From Trichodelitschia bisporula (taxonomy: Eukaryota), in the NCBI GenBank assembly GCA_010356995.1, contig ML996697.1, forward strand, positions 182,153 to 246,152: a DNA stretch of 64,000 bases. Reading direction: 5' to 3'. Each line of letters starts with the position of its first letter. Within the stretch, counting starts at the first letter, position 1. Shown here piece after piece: positions 58,647 through 64,000 of the stretch. Made by a program: the position numbers and the translations under genes. The notes under the pieces were generated by a model, which worked only from the letters and a program-made list of their open reading frames with translations, ran no database searches and was not told the DNA's origin.

Positions 58647-60278
58647 CTACGCCCAAACCCCCAGTCCCCAACTTCCCCTCTCACCTGCTGCCCCCGACAC
58701 GCCTCTCACTCCAGGTCCCATACTCTGTCGCTGAGGAACAACGCTCACATCCTTCTTCGCAGCCGACGCACCAGCCAGTCCGTGCTGCAGAAAGCGCTCC
58801 CTCTCAATCTCCACAACGCCTCGCACACGGTTATTGACTACCAAGCTGGCGCCCGCCCACGCGCCCAACGACTCGACCGCGCGGATCACACCCTCGACTG
58901 GAGGGGGCGAGTGCTTCATGTGCAGCTGCGAAATCTTGCGCATAATAGGATCGAATTCTCGATCCATGTTACTTTCAGAGTTTGAGAGAGTACCATCATC
59001 GTCCGGGATGGCGGAATAGCTGATTGGAGCGGATTTGGCTGTCGAGGGGTGGGAGAGACTGCGGGGATCTTTCTTAGTGGAACCATAGTTACGAACCGGG
59101 GTCCAGCCTCGCTTGTCGATGAGTGCCTCGAGGTCGGCGAGCAGGCGCCGCTTGATACCCGGAAGTTTGGAGACGCCACCGGTGATGATGATGCGGGACA
59201 TGCAGACGCGGCGGACATCAACCGGAAGGTGGAGGAGAGTGTCATACGTGAGTAGGGGGAGCGGCAGATTGTGGTCGTCCAGGTCATGCTCTGCAGCTTC
59301 TGGAGCAAAGAGAGCCAATTCCGCGGGATCGGAGAGACGATCGAATGATACATCGAGGGTATTTGGGTAGTGTGAAGTCGGGAAGGGTATTTTTATCTCT
59401 TTGCCATGGCCTTCTGGTCCGGCACCACAACGGCACCAGCCTATGCGCGTCATAACCTCTTCAATCTCTTCGAATGTAAATTCATCCTCTGATACGTCCC
59501 CCGCAGCGGCTGTGACATTGCGCAGCTCCTGATGTAGCAGTGTTCCAAACTCTTCACTAAGCGCTTTTCCAGCTCTCACAGAATGACGTTGGTGAACCTC
59601 GCGGTACTCATAAACGGCAGTTGCAGTGGTCTCTTCCCAGCCGATATCGATGACCAGTGCAGAACGTAGTCCAGCGGCGGTGGTGGCCATAACGGCTGTG
59701 GGTAAAAGCGTGATGGTTTGCGCCTGGACTCCATTGAATACGCCTCCAAGTAAGACAGAAAGTAACGGCTTAGGGAGTGAAGACGGCACAACCAGGGCAA
59801 CTCTTCTCGTCCGATTGTCCAGCAGGAAGTACTTGAGCTCCGCTTCCCGAACCAGTCGCTCAACCTTGTCCTCCACCAGCCCCAGGTCCAGGTCTCTGAT
59901 GTCCATACGCCAAAGCTCGTGGTCCCATCCCCAGGTTTCGCCGCTTCCCAATGGCCGGTGAGGGGGCTCGTAGTCGATGGCCCATCGCCTGTAGTCTCCG
60001 ACCCGACGCTCTAAGTCCGGGCTGTATTTCGTGGAGCATCGCGGAGAGCTCTCGCCTGCAAAGCCAGCCTGCATGCAGCGTGAGCCAAGCTCGAAAACCA
60101 AGAGATTTTCTTCCTCGCTACGGTAGCCGCCAGCTGGTGAGCCGTATAGTCCAGATATGGATCGGCTGAGAGGGGTATGTGGGGAAGGAAGCGAGCCCAA
60201 TTGTTGTCCTGCGGCGGTAGAAGGGCGTAAACGACTGAGAGTCGACTTGCGAACATCGTAGCTCGGAGTACTGGCCAT
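58647..60278 (-). CDS. ARP10: Actin-related dynactin subunit (Arp10/Arp11, Neurospora RO7-like)
   Basis: Actin-fold motifs FELGSRCMQAGFAGESSPR, ALVIDIGWEET, LPVDVRRVCMSRIIITGGVS, SLGAWAGASL. Confidence 0.88.
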   Translation of the reverse strand: MASTPSYDVRKSTLSRLRPSTAAGQQLGSLPSPHTPLSRSISGLYGSPAGGYRSEEENLLVFELGSRCMQAGFAGESSPRCSTKYSPDLERRVGDYRRWAIDYEPPHRPLGSGETWGWDHELWRMDIRDLDLGLVEDKVERLVREAELKYFLLDNRTRRVALVVPSSLPKPLLSVLLGGVFNGVQAQTITLLPTAVMATTAAGLRSALVIDIGWEETTATAVYEYREVHQRHSVRAGKALSEEFGTLLHQELRNVTAAAGDVSEDEFTFEEIEEVMTRIGWCRCGAGPEGHGKEIKIPFPTSHYPNTLDVSFDRLSDPAELALFAPEAAEHDLDDHNLPLPLLTYDTLLHLPVDVRRVCMSRIIITGGVSKLPGIKRRLLADLEALIDKRGWTPVRNYGSTKKDPRSLSHPSTAKSAPISYSAIPDDDGTLSNSESNMDREFDPIMRKISQLHMKHSPPPVEGVIRAVESLGAWAGASLVVNNRVRGVVEIERERFLQHGLAGASAAKKDVSVVPQRQSMGPGVRGVSGAAGERGSWGLGVWA

Positions 60279-60440
60279 CGTTTACCCCCCGCTGGCGGTA
60301 GTGGTGGTGAAGTTTGGTGTTAGTGAGGAGCGGCAGCGAGGCCGCGAGGTGTCGTTGTGCAGGGGCCAAGAGCATGCGCAGGGATGTAGCATGAGTTCGG
60401 ACCAAAAAATCGGCGAACTCTTGGCGTCGAAGCTTTGATC

Positions 60441-60474
60441 CTAAAAATTTGTTTCCCCCAATTCTCCTCATCGC
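60441..60474 (+). promoter_or_regulatory. RRPE-like and PAC ribosome-biogenesis motifs in the shared ARP10/NOP58 promoter
   Basis: TAAAAATTT at 60442-60450 and CTCATCGC (reverse complement GCGATGAG) at 60467-60474, about 85-115 bp upstream of the NOP58 ATG. Confidence 0.6.
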
Positions 60475-60557
60475 ACAACTCGGATCAGCGTGGACAATCC
60501 TCACCGCCATCAACGCAATCAACGTCCAAGGGAGCTTTTGCAGCAGAATCTCTCGAA

Positions 60558-62297
60558 ATGGCGCCCCTTTTCCTGCTCACCGAGACCGCTGCAGGTTATG
60601 CCCTTTTCAAATCTACCGATAAAAAGCTCCTTGAGCGCGCCGATCTTGCAGACGTCGCTCAGGATCCTGTTCAGACTGGAAATGTGTACGTGAACGGCTT
60701 ACGACAAGTCAATACCTAGACTAATTGGTCTTCAAACAGGCTTAAGCTCAAAGATTTCAAGAAGTTCGACACCGCGGCTATCGCGCTGAGCGAAGCTGCT
60801 GCAATTGGCGAAGGCAAAGTGACGCCGTTCTTGGCCTCGTTCCTGAATTCTCTCAAGAGCGAGAAGAAGGCTTCGCTGGCCGTTGCTGATGCGAGGCTCG
60901 GCAAATCCATCAATGCGCTCTCGGAGTTCTCCATCAAGCCTATCGTCGACGCCGCAACTGCCGAACTACACCGCGCCGTGCGGCAGCACATGTCCGAGCT
61001 GCTCCCGCAGCTGACCCCCCAAGACATCTCCACCATGTCCCTTGGTCTGTCGCATTCGCTCTCGCGCCACAAGCTTAAGTTCTCGGCCGATAAGGTCGAT
61101 ACCATGATCATCCAGGCCATTTCATCCCTAGACGACCTCGATAAAGAACTTAATACGTACGCTATGCGCGTCAAGGAGTGGTACGGATGGCATTTCCCGG
61201 AGCTTGCGCGCATCATCAACGACAACATCGCATATGCGAAACTCGTACTCACTGTCGGCATGCGCCAGAACTTTTCGTCTTCGGATATGTCGGACATCCT
61301 CCCCGAAGAGATTGAGGGTGCCGTCAAGAGCGCCGCCGAAGTGTCCATGGGCACGGAAATCACCGACATTGATCTGGTTAACATCCAGGCCCTCGCCGAA
61401 CAGGTCATTGGCTTGAACGAGCTCCGCCAGGATCTGTCGAGCTACCTTACCTCGCGCATGCAAGCTATTGCGCCCAACCTCACCGCACTCGTTGGAGAGC
61501 TTGTTGGTGCTCGGCTCATCGCTCACTCTGGTAGCCTTATGAGCCTCGCCAAGAGCCCCGCCAGCACGATCCAGATTCTAGGTGCCGAGAAGGCGCTGTT
61601 CCGCGCTCTCAAGACGAAACACGACACGCCCAAATACGGTCTCATCTATCATGCCTCGTTGATCGGGCAAGCGACGGGCAAGAACAAGGGTAAGATCGCT
61701 CGCGTGCTTGCTGCGAAGGCTGCCCTCGGCGTTCGTGTGGATTCACTCGCCGGCTGGGGGGCGGATCAGGAGAACGCCAACAAAGAGGCGACCGAGGAGG
61801 AGCGCTCCGCTATGGGCGTTCAATCCAGGATTTACGTTGAGAACAAGCTACGCAAGCTAGAAGGCCGTCCCATCAACACCAAGGGTGCCCTCAACGCCAA
61901 TCTTCAACCCGTTCAGCCCGGCAAGTGGTCAGTCAAGGAGGCTCGCAAGTACAACAAGGATGCCGATGGTCTGGCCGGTGATGAACCTGCTGCTGCCCTT
62001 GCAGACCTCTCCATGACCGATGCGGCGCAGGCGGGTGCCGAGGAATCTTCTGATGAGGAATCCGAGGACGAGGAGGAGAAGCCCACTCCCAAGGCCAAGA
62101 ACGGCGAGATCTCTGAGAAGGAGCAGAGGGCGATGCGCAAGGCTGCTAAGAAGGCCGAGAAGGCAGCGAAGAAGGCTGCTAAGGAGGCAAAGAAGGCCGC
62201 TAAGGAGGCAAAGAAGGTGGGCGCCGGTGACAAGCGCAAGCGTGATGAGGATGCCACGACCCCAGAGAAGAAGAAGAAGAAGAAGAGCAAAGCGTGA
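60558..62297 (+). CDS. NOP58: Nucleolar protein 58 (box C/D snoRNP)
   Basis: Exons 60558-60685 and 60740-62297; [67 protein letters not shown], Lys-rich tail. Confidence 0.96.
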
Positions 62298-62963
62298 GCT
62301 TGCATCGCACTTGAGGGGTTCTATGGCGTTCGGGCATGGGCTTGTACACTGGGATTGTGGTATTACTGGCGTGAAGGCGTGACACTGGATGGTGGCCTTG
62401 GTGTTTTCCAGCCAAGGGACAAGACTTGTCCATAGGAGTGGTCATAAATTTAGTAACTTCAGTATCCAAACGCATGTTCACTGTGCCTCGTTTAATGTGT
62501 TTCGATTGCATAGCTTCCGAAGGGCACTGATTCCCTTAGATGGGCGTGTTCGCGGGCAGCCTGTCACCCGCAGTGTACCAAGAATAATGGCCCATGGTTG
62601 GCGTAGGGACCAATAGGAGCGCTTCTCTCCATCACCTCAACACAGAATTCTTTCGAAGATTGACTCCGCGACGCCTTTTTCGATATCTTTGCTTTCCACA
62701 TCGCTGACCGAACGGAAAGATGCTTACAGTAGTATGTGAATACTGAACCTTTCGTATTTATAGTCTGACTAGCTCGTAAAAGATTTTAATCATTGGCCCA
62801 TGAACTCAAGCTCGGCCGAACACCACTTGAAAGTCCAAGTGTGATATTACGTTGTATATCACGGTCCCATTATCGCGTTGTGGGAGTGTCTCGAAGGACA
62901 GCATCAACCCGCCAAAGACTTCCTACCTTTTCGTTTCAAGCCTCAACTAATCCGCCACCAACC

Positions 62964-63550
62964 ATGCTGGCACGCATCACCTACCACTCCTCCATCTCAT
63001 CTCTAACGCATCCAGATCCTCGACCCGGGCACCCAGCCCCTCAGCAACGCCGAAGTCCTCGCCCACATCCAGTCTCTGGATGCAAAGTACGCGCGTGATG
63101 GCCGGACCGAGACGATTCCAGACAACCTACGCAAAGTGATGCGTGACGTAAGTACCTTACCTACCCCCCTCCCCCTCACCTAACCCGCAACCGCTCCCTA
63201 ACGCGCCCCAGGTCAAGTCCATCCTCACGATCCCAACGCAGCCCACTTGCCCGGTGGACACGGCGCCGCTGGTGACGGAGGCACAGAAGGCCGCTGCGCC
63301 GACATTCCGCTCTGAGCGCGTGTTCGCCGCGCTGGCGAGGCGCCTCCGCGCGAAGCCGTTCTCGCTCCTGCCTGCAGAGATCTTGCAGGTGTTCAATCAT
63401 GTGCCGCGGTCGCGGACGGAGTTGACGATGATTGTGCAGGAGGGAGAGGAGCGGTTTGCGGAGGAGGTTTTGGATCAGTGTCTCGATGTCATCAGGGAGA
63501 TTATGGTTGAGGGGAGGGGGCTGGATGTCGTTAATGGCAATGGAGTATAG
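62964..63550 (+). CDS. RPC17: RNA polymerase III subunit RPC17/C17 (Rpb4 family)
   Basis: Exons 62964-62969, 63016-63147, 63212-63550; ML-ILDPGTQPLSNAEVLAHI...LLPAEILQVFNHVP...IVQEGEERF; first intron is GC-AG. Confidence 0.75.
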
Positions 63551-64000
63551 GGTTAGGTGCTGGTAGCGGGTTGGACTTGTCGACGTCCTACTGCTACGTA
63601 CGTACGGATGTACTGACGATGGATAATGCCTATGTGTCCACAATGCCATTTCCCTAAAGCCATGTCTCCTCAGAGCAGCAAAAACCCCCGGTCTTAGATC
63701 TCAGTGCATAAACACAACCACACGAGCAACCTTAATCCCACCGATCACCAAACCCATCATTCCCTCTCCCCATCGGAGACGGCCCCAGCCCCGAACAATC
63801 GTAACCTTATAACCCGCAGCACCTCCGTAAAAAGTCAAAAAGCGCCGCAGTCCGGGATCCTGGATCTCAATCCATCGCCAATACCGCCTGTCGCCCAGCG
63901 CAACCCAGTCTCAGCTGCTCCCCGCGACTCAGTGGCTCAAGGAGGCAACCAAACCTTCTAGCGCGCTTCTCGAATCTCCTCCCGCCACGATGTAAGCACA

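Noticed and set aside
62130..62290. AAG/GCT-rich repeats
   Set aside because: Encode the normal Lys-rich tail of Nop58

Overview
Eukaryotic DNA from a filamentous ascomycete (Pezizomycotina-like), judged from short spliceosomal introns with CTAAC/CTGAC branch points, a dispersed 5S rRNA gene and typical fungal housekeeping genes. Conserved genes: FLC/TRP-like membrane protein, intron-containing tRNA-Glu(TTC), MBF1, neutral trehalase, GH72 glucanosyltransferase, Arp10/RO7, NOP58 and an RPC17/Rpb4-family subunit. Accessory or immunity-type material is interspersed: the 5' end of a PNP_UDP-domain (NLR-type) gene at the left edge, a degraded NACHT relic followed by a ~170-bp foldback element, a trypsin-like protease pseudogene, a HET-domain gene, an AsaB/CmcJ-like oxygenase and several orphans. 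The most unusual intact proteins are a 1099-aa intronless vWA + multi-zinc-finger + RING + RBR-RING2 protein and a SAM + HMG-box + fungal-TF middle-homology-region fusion. A ~15-kb gene-poor tract (19.3-34.9 kb) holds the pseudogene, the 5S gene and a palindromic 22-bp minisatellite spanning an assembly gap. All family calls come from reading motifs by eye; no database searches were run.
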